From Gemmatimonadota bacterium (lineage in GTDB: Bacteria; Gemmatimonadota; Gemmatimonadetes; Gemmatimonadales; Gemmatimonadaceae): a stretch of DNA of 64,000 nucleotides. Numbering within the stretch: the first letter of the stretch is position 1; each line of letters begins with the position of its first letter. The notes beneath the pieces were generated by a model. That model saw only the letters and a program-made list of their open reading frames with translations. It made no database searches and was not told where the DNA came from. The stretch lies in the NCBI GenBank assembly GCA_031372565.1, contig JANMLN010000054.1:55063-119062 (forward strand), in the 5' to 3' direction. A program made the translations under genes and the position numbers. Below are positions 49,482 to 58,869 of the stretch, piece after piece.

Positions 49482-50044
49482 GCGATGGCCTTCGTCAGGA
49501 GATCGTCAACGCCCAGCTCGGTCGCCCAATGACGCAGATAACCGACCTCCAAGGTATCGCGGTTGAGTTCCACGAGCTGTTGGACATCGCGTCGTTGCAC
49601 GTCGGACGACTCCCCGCCCAGTCGATACCAACGCAGCTTGGCGAGGATGATGTCCTCGACGCTCGACACGCGGAGCGACTCCGTCGCGCCCGGGATCTCG
49701 ATCGTCACGGCGCGCCCGAGGGCCGACTGATTGAACGCACTGTCGCACGGGAACAGATCCACCTTGAGATAGGTCGTGCGGTGGATGAGGTTGAACGACT
49801 GGCCCCTCGCGAGCGCCAGACGTGCCTGCTCGGCGTCGGCGACGAACGCCGCGTCCAACTCCTGCATCAGCGCGCTCAGTGCTGCGGCGGGGATGTCCGC
49901 CACGAGGTCCACATCGGCGGTCGCGCGGAACTCACCGTGCACGCTGCTGGCGAACGAGCCCGTGACATAGTGCGGAATGGCGTGATGGCGCAACGCGACA
50001 ATCACGGCGTCGATGACCGCGATCAGGTCGTTCGCATCACGCAT
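49478..50044 (-). CDS. Putative nucleotidyltransferase (TA-associated)
   Basis: [42 protein letters not shown]. Confidence 0.8.
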   Translation of the reverse strand: MRDANDLIAVIDAVIVALRHHAIPHYVTGSFASSVHGEFRATADVDLVADIPAAALSALMQELDAAFVADAEQARLALARGQSFNLIHRTTYLKVDLFPCDSAFNQSALGRAVTIEIPGATESLRVSSVEDIILAKLRWYRLGGESSDVQRRDVQQLVELNRDTLEVGYLRHWATELGVDDLLTKAIA

Positions 50045-50282
50045 CCCGCCCACCGCCCGCCGCACGATACGACCGGGCGACATCCGCGCCGTAGAGTTGC
50101 GTCAGGAAGCGATCAACCACGGCCGAGTCACCGCCCGGGCCGGCATGCCGCCGCGCGCCCTGCCACGCCAGTTGGCGCACGTAGGCCGACAGGGCGAGCG
50201 CGCGAACGAACCGCTCGGATGGGGAGAGTCGCCGGATCATGGCCACCCGTGCGTCACGCGTCGTCGGGTTCGTGTCAGTCAT
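50037..50282 (-). CDS. Small protein upstream of the NTase (putative antitoxin/partner)
   Basis: 81 aa, MTDT...IRRLSPSERF...LYG; overlaps the NTase start. Confidence 0.7.
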   Translation of the reverse strand: MTDTNPTTRDARVAMIRRLSPSERFVRALALSAYVRQLAWQGARRHAGPGGDSAVVDRFLTQLYGADVARSYRAAGGGRDA

Positions 50283-50398
50283 CCGGAGGGAAGCTCGTGT
50301 CCAGCCAGCGCATGGGCATGAATGTGCCGCGCGCGACGACGTTGCGCGAGGATGACACGGTCCTCGCAGGACGTGCGCCGAGGGCGCGCCGCGTGGCG

Positions 50399-50830
50399 TT
50401 ACGCGTGACGACCCAACCACTCGTCGGGCGTCTCGACGCGCACCACGCCACTCGCGCGCTCGCGCAGCTCGCGATCGAGCGTGACCAGTGTGCTCCCAGC
50501 GCGCCGAGCGATCGCGACATACACCGCGTCCGCGCCCCGCAAACCGCATTCGGCGGCGATGCCCGCGGCCTCGGCCGAGAGCGCGGCATCGAGCGGTGCG
50601 TGCGTCATGCGCGGAAAGTCGCGGATGATACGACCTGCTTCGTACGCGAGCCGGGGATCGCGGGACCGGCGCCCCGTCGCGGCGCACACTTCCACGAGGA
50701 AGAGCGTGGGCTGTGCGCATGCCGCCTCCGACGTGACGATCCGGCGGATGACGTCCCGGGACGGCCCGTGCGCGGGTTCGTCGGGGACCAGGCCGGCGAG
50801 CCAGACCGACGCGTCGAGCGTGACCATCAT
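50399..50830 (-). CDS. PIN-domain toxin (VapC-like)
   Basis: LDASVW, LVEV, LRGADAVYVA, LVTLD. Confidence 0.9.
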   Translation of the reverse strand: MMVTLDASVWLAGLVPDEPAHGPSRDVIRRIVTSEAACAQPTLFLVEVCAATGRRSRDPRLAYEAGRIIRDFPRMTHAPLDAALSAEAAGIAAECGLRGADAVYVAIARRAGSTLVTLDRELRERASGVVRVETPDEWLGRHA

Positions 50831-51126
50831 CGCCGGTCCGTGTTCAGCTGCGCGACGTAGCCGGCGGAACCTGCGGACGCACGGTGGAGCTGTTCACCGA
50901 GTGCCTCCCAGCGGGAGAGCCAGCCGGGGGCGGCATCAGCGGAACCTTCGCTGTTTGACGACGGAACCGACGTCGACCCGGTGTTGGCAGACGAGGGGTC
51001 GTGCGATGCACCAACCCAGTCTGCGAAGAGCGCGATGGCGACATCCCGGACCGCGCGTCCCTCCAGGGCGCTCTTGGACTTCACCTTGCGATAGAGATCG
51101 TCGGGTACGTCAATGGAGGTCTTCAT
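50827..51126 (-). CDS. RHH antitoxin (VapB-like)
   Basis: MKTSIDVPDDLYRKVKSKSALEG; 4-bp overlap with the PIN gene. Confidence 0.85.
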   Translation of the reverse strand: MKTSIDVPDDLYRKVKSKSALEGRAVRDVAIALFADWVGASHDPSSANTGSTSVPSSNSEGSADAAPGWLSRWEALGEQLHRASAGSAGYVAQLNTDRR

Positions 51127-51161
51127 GTAAAACAGTATAACTGTAAATACCGCTCACGCAA
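51127..51161 (-). promoter_or_regulatory. Leaderless-type promoter/operator of the vapBC-like pair
   Basis: TTGCGT-16 nt-TATACT, 7 nt before ATG; inverted repeat acagt-N3-actgt over the -10 box. Confidence 0.5.
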
Positions 51162-51286
51162 GTCACATGTCCCGACGAGAACCAGTACCCCGCGAAGCTC
51201 GCGCGGTGGGCGCGGCTCCGGAGCGAAGGGGTCGTGGTCGTGCCGAGCGCTGCCTCCGAACGGCGCTCCAGTCGTCCAGCGCCTCC

Positions 51287-52336
51287 CTACGGCAGCGCCA
51301 CGGCGCGACGCACCTCGCGCGGTGGACCGAAGGTGAAGTCCCACCGCACGCGCACGCCGTTCAGCCTCTGCATCACGCCGCTCAGGCGGAAGGTGCCCGT
51401 CGCACGCGCGACCATCGCCACGCTGGCGCCCTCCACTCGGCGATCCTCGTAGGCGAGCGTGCCGCCGCCGATGTCGTCGCCGTCCTGCACGTACTGGTAC
51501 TCCACGCGCCGCGTGCGCCACGAGGTGGCATCCAGCACGGCGACCCCCCGGACGAGCACGGCGTCCGCGACATCGGCCGGAGTTGCGGCGCGCGGTTGGA
51601 AGGCGATGCGCACGGAGCCGTCCCCAGGATCGCGCCAGGGCCGACCGCGGCAGTGCCGCTTGAGGAACGACGGCGCCAGGAGGTCGGCATCCTGGAAGAG
51701 GCGCACGTTGAGCGTGTTTCCGGTGCGCGACGTGTATCCCTCGCGGGCGGCACGGGAGGCCGAGTCGGCGGGGCCCGGCGGCGTGTTGACCACCACGGTA
51801 TCGGTGATGCGCGACTGATCCGATCCGATGCGTCGCTCGGTCACCTGCTCGCGGTGCACGTCGAGCGCATACGCGAAGGTGCGATTCACGAGCACGCGCG
51901 ACTCGATCCCCTTGGCGACCTCGTCCCACACGAGGGATTCCGCGCCGAGGGGCCCGTCCATGTCGCTGCTGCAGGCGGCATCAGCTGAGACGGCCACCTG
52001 CGCGAGCGACACGGCGATGGGTTGGAGCCGCACGATGACGGGCATTGTCTCGCGCTCACCCACGTCGAGGCGCACCGAGTCGGGGCGAAAGCCGACCCGC
52101 CGCACGACGAACCGATAGCGTCCAGCGGGGACGGACACACGGAAGGCGCCGCCGATGTCGGTCAGCCCCTGCGCGGCCACCCCGCCCGTGGCCTGGTCGC
52201 GCAGCAACACGGGGGTCACGGGCAGCGGCACGTCGTCGACCGTGAACACGTGACCGGTCACGATGCGCGCCTGTGCCACGATCGGTGCAGGAAAGATGAG
52301 CGCCGACAACAGGAGAACCAGGCGTGCAGGGAGCAT
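51287..52336 (-). CDS. Secreted protein with carboxypeptidase-regulatory-like domain
   Basis: Signal peptide MLPARLVLLL...AQA; TDIGGAF, GRYRFVVRRVGF. Confidence 0.75.
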   Translation of the reverse strand: MLPARLVLLLSALIFPAPIVAQARIVTGHVFTVDDVPLPVTPVLLRDQATGGVAAQGLTDIGGAFRVSVPAGRYRFVVRRVGFRPDSVRLDVGERETMPVIVRLQPIAVSLAQVAVSADAACSSDMDGPLGAESLVWDEVAKGIESRVLVNRTFAYALDVHREQVTERRIGSDQSRITDTVVVNTPPGPADSASRAAREGYTSRTGNTLNVRLFQDADLLAPSFLKRHCRGRPWRDPGDGSVRIAFQPRAATPADVADAVLVRGVAVLDATSWRTRRVEYQYVQDGDDIGGGTLAYEDRRVEGASVAMVARATGTFRLSGVMQRLNGVRVRWDFTFGPPREVRRAVALP

Positions 52337-52456
52337 GCGCGTCGCGGGATGCAGGGCGGGAGACGCAGTGGGCCGAGGGCGGCACCGCCGTCGTACGCGC
52401 GACGCACGCCAAGGTTTCGCGCGCGCGAGGTCCACCCCGCGCCCGTTGAGACGAAG

Positions 52457-53686
52457 ATGGCAGCTCCCAGTACATTCCCGCGCGTGATTTCTTTCGGCCC
52501 CAAGAGCCATACCCTCGCCTTCGGCGCGCTCAACGGCGCGGCCGTCGCGCTGCTCCTGATGCGTACGCGACTGAATCGCACCGCCAACCGGTTGCTGGCC
52601 GCCTTGCTGGCGGTCGTCGTGCTTCGGCTGGTGCCCTTCATCCTCGGCTACGCGGGCTTCTACGACACCTACCCTTGGCTGTCGTTCGCGCCGTTCGACC
52701 TGCCGTTGGCCATCGGGCCTCTGCTGTGGTTGTACGTCTCCCGCCTCACGCGCGGCGCGATGCCGAACCGGTGGGCGTGGCATCTCGCCCCCGCGGCGCT
52801 TAATGGTGGCGCTTACGGGGCGGTGTTCGTTCTGTGCACACTGCCGCAAAAGAACTGGATTGCGCAGCGCATCGTCGACCCGTTCGTGTCGCCTGCGGTG
52901 ACGGGCGGTGCGCTGATCGGGCTCGCCGCATACGGATGGCTGGCGTTGCAATCGCTGCGCGAGTACCAGCGGTGGCTGGACAGCGAACTCAGCAATCGTG
53001 AGGAATTCCGGCTTGCCGGGCTCCAACGTTTGCTGGCCCTGATGGCGGGGACGGGGGTCGTGTGGCTTGGATTCGCGGTGACGGACGCGTTCGTGCGACG
53101 GCTCTCGTACTTCGACCAGTTCCCGTTCTACGTCGTACAGGCGGGGGTGGCCTGGGTGCTGGGCTTGCTGGCCTGGCGCGATGCGGACACGGTGTATCCG
53201 ATCCCGTCGTCGGCCGCGGTGAAGGCCGTCGCAGACTATTCCGCCCCGTCATCGACTGCGATTGACGAGCAATCCGGGTCGAAATCGAGGTTGGCGCCTT
53301 CTGATGCATCGGCACAAAGCGGTCAGGATTTTCGAGCACTTGGACAACAATACAGCGCCACCATAGTAGCAGAAGGATGGTCGCGAGACCCACAGCTCAG
53401 CCTGCCGGAGCTCGCCCGCCGCCTCGCCACCAACACCAGCTATCTCTCCCGTGCCCTCAATCAGGGCCTCGGCATGAGCTTCAACGAGTGCATCAACCGC
53501 ATGCGCGTCGAGGCGGTCGCCGCCGAGCTGCGCGCGGGCAGCACGCGCGACCTGGTGCAGATCGGCTTCGACGCCGGGTTCAACTCCAAGGCCTCCTTCC
53601 AGCGCGCCTTCCGGCTGTACATGAACACGACGCCCAGCGCGTATCGCGAGGCGCACACGCCAAATCGATCCACAGACAGAAGCTGA
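52457..53686 (+). CDS. Membrane-bound AraC-family regulator
   Basis: Multiple TM helices; C-terminal LSRALN...INRMRV...GFNSKASFQRAFR...TPSAYR. Confidence 0.92.
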   Translation: MAAPSTFPRVISFGPKSHTLAFGALNGAAVALLLMRTRLNRTANRLLAALLAVVVLRLVPFILGYAGFYDTYPWLSFAPFDLPLAIGPLLWLYVSRLTRGAMPNRWAWHLAPAALNGGAYGAVFVLCTLPQKNWIAQRIVDPFVSPAVTGGALIGLAAYGWLALQSLREYQRWLDSELSNREEFRLAGLQRLLALMAGTGVVWLGFAVTDAFVRRLSYFDQFPFYVVQAGVAWVLGLLAWRDADTVYPIPSSAAVKAVADYSAPSSTAIDEQSGSKSRLAPSDASAQSGQDFRALGQQYSATIVAEGWSRDPQLSLPELARRLATNTSYLSRALNQGLGMSFNECINRMRVEAVAAELRAGSTRDLVQIGFDAGFNSKASFQRAFRLYMNTTPSAYREAHTPNRSTDRS

Positions 53687-53789
53687 GACGTCTCAGATCC
53701 CGGGAATCGCGCCAGCGCACGTGAGGTGAGACCCGCACCGCTCCATGGGCCGCTACCCTGCGGCGACCTACACCTCCCTGGAGCGCGAC

Positions 53790-55313
53790 ATGTCTGCTCG
53801 ATCCTGTTTCCTCACCCTGCTCATCCTGTCGGCCGCCTCGGCGTGCACCGGTTCCGGTGCGCAGGCACCGGTCCGAGTTCCGGCCCTGTCCGCCGATTCG
53901 ACGCAGCGGTTCCGCGACGAACCCCTGCCGCCGACGGCCACCCAGGGCGACCTGGCCCTGCTCGATCAGAGCCTCCGCGTGCTGCATCCGGGCGTGTTCC
54001 GCTACAACACGCCCTTACAGTGGACCGCCCGCGTCGATTCCCTGAAGCAGTGGTTCGCCCAGCCACGATCGCGGGGCGAGAGCTACCTCGCGTTCGCCCG
54101 ACTGACCGCCAGCGTGCAGTGCGGCCACACCTACCTCAACTTCTGGAACCAGTCGCGCGAGGTGCACCGCTGGCTCACTGACGGCGAGGACAAACTGCCG
54201 TTCGAGTACGCGCTGGCCGACGACGACCGGTGGGTGGTGACGCGTTCGGCCACCGTCACCAGCGCTGCGGCGGGGAACACCATCGGTGCGGGCGTGCTCC
54301 CTGGCGACACGGTGCTGGCGGTGAACGACATGCCGACGCCACGCATCATCGCGTCGCTGCTCCCGGCGATCCGCGGTGATGGCGACAACGACGGCAAGCG
54401 ACGTGCGCTCCTCGACTTCCGGCATCGCAAGCGGTACGAAGCCATCGACGTCCTGCTCCCACTGATCCTGCCGCCGGTCGATGGCCGGTACCGCGTGACG
54501 CTGCGCCGCGCTGGCCGCGATACCACCGTGTCCGTGGCGTCGATGGAGTCGCGGGTGCGTCGTGAGCAGGCATGGCCCATTCCACCCGAGCGTGCGCCGT
54601 TCGAACTGACCCGCGATGGCACGGTCGCGATCCTCCGCGTCGATGCGTTCGACTACGGCGCCGAGAGCAACAAGTGGTCGCCGTTCGTCACGTCCACCTT
54701 TCGTACGCTCAAGCGCGACAGCGTGCAGACGCTCATCCTCGACCTGCGCGAGAACGAGGGCGGTTCGGACGAAGGGGCGGAGTTTCTGCTGCGGCACCTG
54801 ATTCGAACGCCCCTGCTTGTGCCACCACTGCGTCGATTCGTGGCCTACGACACGGTGCCGACCAACCTGCGCCCGTTCCTGTGCACATGGGAGAAGGAGT
54901 TCTACGACCGGCGTGGCCGAGTCGTGGCGCGTGGCGACGGCACGTTCGACCTGAAAGACGATGGGTCGTGGCCCAAGCGCATTCCGGTGGCGCGCGACGC
55001 GTTCGCCGGACGCATCGTCGTCCTGACCAGCTACGTGAACAGCTCGGCGTCGCACATCATGCTGCGAATGCTGGCGCGGCAGCCTGGCGTGACGCTCATT
55101 GGCGACCCCACCGGCGGCAGCCTGCGGGCGCACACGGGCGGCAACCTGTTCTTTGCGAAGTTCCCCGGCACCGGCTTCGAGGTGGATCTTCCGCTGATCG
55201 CGTACGACTGGGGGGCGTCCAACCCGTCCGGCGGCGTGCAGCCCGATATTCGTGTGCCGGCCGCGAGGGCGCTGGAGCGGGCGCTGCAGGAGGCCAGTGG
55301 CACGAGGCGGTAG
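53790..55313 (+). CDS. S41 family peptidase, probable lipoprotein
   Basis: Lipobox-like SAC; CGHT, LILDLRENEGG, SSAS, IGDPTGG, GVQPD. Confidence 0.88.
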   Translation: MSARSCFLTLLILSAASACTGSGAQAPVRVPALSADSTQRFRDEPLPPTATQGDLALLDQSLRVLHPGVFRYNTPLQWTARVDSLKQWFAQPRSRGESYLAFARLTASVQCGHTYLNFWNQSREVHRWLTDGEDKLPFEYALADDDRWVVTRSATVTSAAAGNTIGAGVLPGDTVLAVNDMPTPRIIASLLPAIRGDGDNDGKRRALLDFRHRKRYEAIDVLLPLILPPVDGRYRVTLRRAGRDTTVSVASMESRVRREQAWPIPPERAPFELTRDGTVAILRVDAFDYGAESNKWSPFVTSTFRTLKRDSVQTLILDLRENEGGSDEGAEFLLRHLIRTPLLVPPLRRFVAYDTVPTNLRPFLCTWEKEFYDRRGRVVARGDGTFDLKDDGSWPKRIPVARDAFAGRIVVLTSYVNSSASHIMLRMLARQPGVTLIGDPTGGSLRAHTGGNLFFAKFPGTGFEVDLPLIAYDWGASNPSGGVQPDIRVPAARALERALQEASGTRR

Positions 55314-55512
55314 GCATGCGTGATGGGGTGGAAGGCGACGTCATGGTGACGATGTGCTATCGCGACGTGCTGCCGAGCGGGCGAGCCGCGGTGGGGAGGC
55401 GCGTCCTTGGCGTCCATGTTGCACCCGGACGTTGCGAATGCCGGCGCACGGGGATGCGCGGGCGATATGGCGCTTTGCGCGGCCGGCCGGAAGGCGCGCC
55501 GGCGAGGGCCTG

Positions 55513-55947
55513 ATGGACTACAACGAGCTCCGCGAGGGGACGACCGTCTACCTCGTGGTGAACGTGCCAGGCGCCCTCATCTACGTGGGTGACGGCCACG
55601 CGGCACAGGGCGACGGCGAACTCACGGGCGACGCGTTGGAGACCTCCATGGACGTGGAGTTCAGCGTGGACGTGGACCATGAACTCCAGATCAGCGCTCC
55701 CCGCGCCGAGTCGCCGGAGTACCTGATGTCCATCGGCATCGCGGGCGACTTGCAGGAAGCGCTGCGACTCGCGACGTCGGACCTGACGCGGTGGCTGACA
55801 TCGCAGTACAAGCTCAACAGCGCCGAAGTGGCGTCGGTGCTGGGCACGGCGCTCAAGTACGACGTCGCCGACATGGTCGGGACGCAGGTCAGCATCGTGG
55901 CCAAGGTGCCACGCGCGCTCGTGGCGAAGCTGGTGGCGTCGAAGTAG
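55513..55947 (+). pseudogene. C-terminal part of an acetamidase/formamidase family gene
   Basis: MDYNEL..GTTVYL.V..PGALIYVGDGHAAQGDGE; N-terminal half absent upstream. Confidence 0.75.
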
Positions 55948-55997
55948 CGCCTCGAGTGGAGCGACCAACATGAACAGGGCGAACGCGACCAGCTACT

Positions 55998-56561
55998 TCA
56001 TGCGCCCGCGCGCCGACTCGCGCCCCCGAGGTCGACCGTCAGCAACCATCCCGCCGAGATCCCGAGCGAGATGCGCTGCGCCCACGGCAGCAGGACGATG
56101 TACTGCCCCGAATAGTAGATGACGGCCGTGAGAACGAGCGGCACGGCGCACGCGGCCCCGGCCACGAGCACGCCAACGCGCCGCTGCACGAAGAGCACCC
56201 AGAGCACGGCGAGCATGGCCATCGTGAAGAAGGCGAGGGCGATCGTGATCATGAGGTCGTGCATCGGCGTGAACGTCAGCGCCGCGTAGACCATCGACCC
56301 GATACCGCCGATGCGAATGAGCTTCGCGGCCTTGGCCGGCGCGGCCTGCCGCGCGAGTCGCTCGAACTCGATCGCGATGCTCAGGCAGACGCAGAGCAGG
56401 CTCGCGCTCGCCCACGGGCGTGCCGGACTCCCCTCGGCCCGCAGCAGCGTCGAGACGTAGTCGCGGTTCCAGTCGAAGCCGCCGGGGTGCTGCGTGGTCG
56501 CGATGACGAAGAGGGCGACGGCGAGCAGCAGCCCGATGATCGGCAGCCGGCGTGAGGTCAG
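55998..56561 (-). CDS. Multi-pass membrane protein (DUF998-like)
   Basis: Frame open to ~56594: LTSRRLPIIGLLL...HPGGFDWNRDYVSTLL...PMHD; no ATG/GTG/TTG upstream of 56294, so CTG start or lost start. Confidence 0.6.
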   Translation of the reverse strand: MTSRRLPIIGLLLAVALFVIATTQHPGGFDWNRDYVSTLLRAEGSPARPWASASLLCVCLSIAIEFERLARQAAPAKAAKLIRIGGIGSMVYAALTFTPMHDLMITIALAFFTMAMLAVLWVLFVQRRVGVLVAGAACAVPLVLTAVIYYSGQYIVLLPWAQRISLGISAGWLLTVDLGGASRRAGA

Positions 56562-56569
56562 CAGGTGCT

Positions 56570-56641
56570 CAACCCGCGTGCTGCACGAGGTTGATCAGCG
56601 TGCCGCACGTGTCCTCCAAGAAGACCGCGGTGACCGGCCCC
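56570..56641 (-). pseudogene. VOC/glyoxalase C-terminal fragment
   Basis: GPVTAVFLEDTCGTLINLVQHAG*, resembles the D-D-T-C-G-N-L-I C-terminal motif. Confidence 0.6.
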
Positions 56642-56920
56642 GTGAGTCTCGGTGTTGCTGACTGGCATTCTGGTGAGCGTGACCTGCATGGGAGGCACTT
56701 CGGGGCAGTGGTGCGGAGGGTGGTCTACGGCTTCTGCTGCAGCGACAGCCACGCCAACGCCGAGCTCGGCACTTCGATGCGCAGTCGGGTCGGCGTCGCG
56801 GAATGTGCGGCGGTGGGCGAGGGGCCCGCAATCAGCCACGATCCGATGGCCAGCGCGCGCAATCGGCGCGACATCGCGTGGGCACCAACTGAAATCGAGA
56901 TGAACACGCGCCGGGCGCAG

Positions 56921-57583
56921 TCAGCGGTCGGCGCCATCCGGGGGTTCGGCCGGGATCGCGGGCACGGCGGGCACGGCGGTCGACGCCGAGATCGACCCGT
57001 CGGGCGAGGTCACCTCTTCGTCCAGCGCAGCCAGCACGCCTTCCGGGCTCATCGCCTGCTGCATCACGGCGGCACCGGAGTCATGCCGGTTCTTCACGTT
57101 GGGCAGATCGCGCCGCAGTTCTTCCAGCAGGTCAATCAGCTTGGCTGTCTTCTGTTCGATGAGCAGCGTCACTTTCAAATCGAGGTGAGCGCGCTGCTCA
57201 CCCAGCTTCGCCACCCGGTTCTGCTTGATCAGCACGACGGTCGTCGTCAGCAGCGCGGCCAGTCCAGTCAGGCCTTGCAGCCAGAAGAAGGGGGGCTCGT
57301 CAAGGGGCGCCTTGCCCCGCGCCATCAAGGCCAGGTTCACGCCGATCCAGACCAGGACGAAAAGCAGGATGACGACCAGAAAGGCTGGCCGCCCGACGAA
57401 GCCGCCGATGCTCTCGGCGTGGCGCTGCGACGGGCTGCGCTTCTGTTCCTCACGGGTGTAGAACTCGTGAACGGCAGCGATGTTCTGGCCGATCTGCCCG
57501 GTCTCGGCACTCTCTGCACTCTCTGCGCTCCCCGCGCTGGGCGTGGCGGCGGGCGGCCCTGGTCTCACTTCGCGCGCGGCCAC
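56921..57583 (-). CDS. DUF1003 membrane protein
   Basis: FVGRPAF, DEPPFFWL, VLIKQNR, HLDL. Confidence 0.85.
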   Translation of the reverse strand: MAAREVRPGPPAATPSAGSAESAESAETGQIGQNIAAVHEFYTREEQKRSPSQRHAESIGGFVGRPAFLVVILLFVLVWIGVNLALMARGKAPLDEPPFFWLQGLTGLAALLTTTVVLIKQNRVAKLGEQRAHLDLKVTLLIEQKTAKLIDLLEELRRDLPNVKNRHDSGAAVMQQAMSPEGVLAALDEEVTSPDGSISASTAVPAVPAIPAEPPDGADR

Positions 57584-57895
57584 TGGACCTGCTTGTCAGG
57601 CTGACTTAGCCGCCCGGCACGAAGTTCTTTCACGGGTTCGATGTCGTTCATGAGGAGCCGATGCATCGGCCGCGTCGAGCCGTGCGTGAGGTAGTCCGTG
57701 ACGCGCGTGGTGATTGACATGGCCAGCCGCCCTTCCAGCGTCTGAGATCTCCCTTGGGAGAATGGCGCGCGCGTGGGGGCGCGGGCCATGACGCAAACGG
57801 GTGAGAACGGGCCGGGGGAACGGACGACGGTGGTGCGCGGCCGAGGATCCCGCGAATCTCACTGACACATAGCCTGTGCACACGTATTGTGTGAC

Positions 57896-58057
57896 ATGAA
57901 GAACATCACGTTGGCGATCGATGAGGAAACGATCGCTGGCCGTCTGTCCACGCTGGAACTCACGCCGTTGCGCTGGAGCGAGTTGGCGGGCACGCGTCGC
58001 ACGCCGCACTGGTTGCGCGGCGGATTCCCCGATGGTGGCATTCTCGCCGCGAGTTGA
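57896..58057 (+). pseudogene. Chimeric remnant: antitoxin-like N-terminus + AAA_14 ATPase fragment
   Basis: MKNITLAIDEET + IAGRLSTLELTPL...HWLRGGFPD (compare LAGRVAYLELTPV...LWVRGGFPE in 46622-47797). Confidence 0.6.
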
Positions 58058-58123
58058 CGCGTAAAGGATGTTGCCGGACCAACGTGTCAAGCAGGTCCCC
58101 GGCTGTTCATGCACGAGACCGCT

Positions 58124-58534
58124 CTACGGAAGCGGAGACAGTCTGGCGGTGAGGGTCACCGTGTTGACATGGCAGACGTTCCGCGTCACGCGCACCCCCG
58201 CCGTGTCCCACGACGCGTAATTGGCCCGGCGCACAGTGACGGCATAGGTGCCCGCCCGCTCGAAGGTGTTTGGCGTGATGAGCGCCCCCTGGTTGTCACT
58301 GGGGTTTCCGAACGGCGAGGTGACGGAATCCGCGAAGGGCCCATCCCGTAACACGAGGGTGGCGCCGGTGGCAATGGATGCGTTGGAGGCAGCATCCCGC
58401 ACGTAGACGGCGACCGCCTCGCGCAGGTCCGTGGTGCAGCCGATCGGGTCCGAGGGGAAAAGACAGCCGCTCACTCCCGATACGAGCGTCAACACTGCGC
58501 AGCGGATAGTCGTCCGTCGGCGAAAGGCGGGCAT
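58124..58534 (-). CDS. Small lipoprotein with carboxypeptidase-regulatory-like fold
   Basis: Lipobox VSGC; ERAGTYAVTVRRANY. Confidence 0.75.
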   Translation of the reverse strand: MPAFRRRTTIRCAVLTLVSGVSGCLFPSDPIGCTTDLREAVAVYVRDAASNASIATGATLVLRDGPFADSVTSPFGNPSDNQGALITPNTFERAGTYAVTVRRANYASWDTAGVRVTRNVCHVNTVTLTARLSPLP

Positions 58535-58869
58535 CGCGGAGGCGTGGAGGGTCGGATCAAGATACCCCGATCACGTTGCAGGTGTCACGGGCAACTTCGG
58601 GCACAGACGCGAATGTGGCGGCTGGCGTACGCTGGTACGCGCGCTGGTGCTGCGCTCCGCACGCTGGAGTGGATGGGGCCGGCGCATGTGGGGGCGAGTG
58701 TCGCGCACATGCAAGCGGAATACGGGTGCGCGTAGGTTCGCCGACCACCGTCTCACAAAATTGCATCACGACCCAGCTGTCTCACCGGGCCATTGTTGTG
58801 TTGCCCGGAACTCGCCGATTGCAGCCGGGCGGCTGGCCAGCCCAAGTCAGGCCAGCCGCCCGCGCACGA

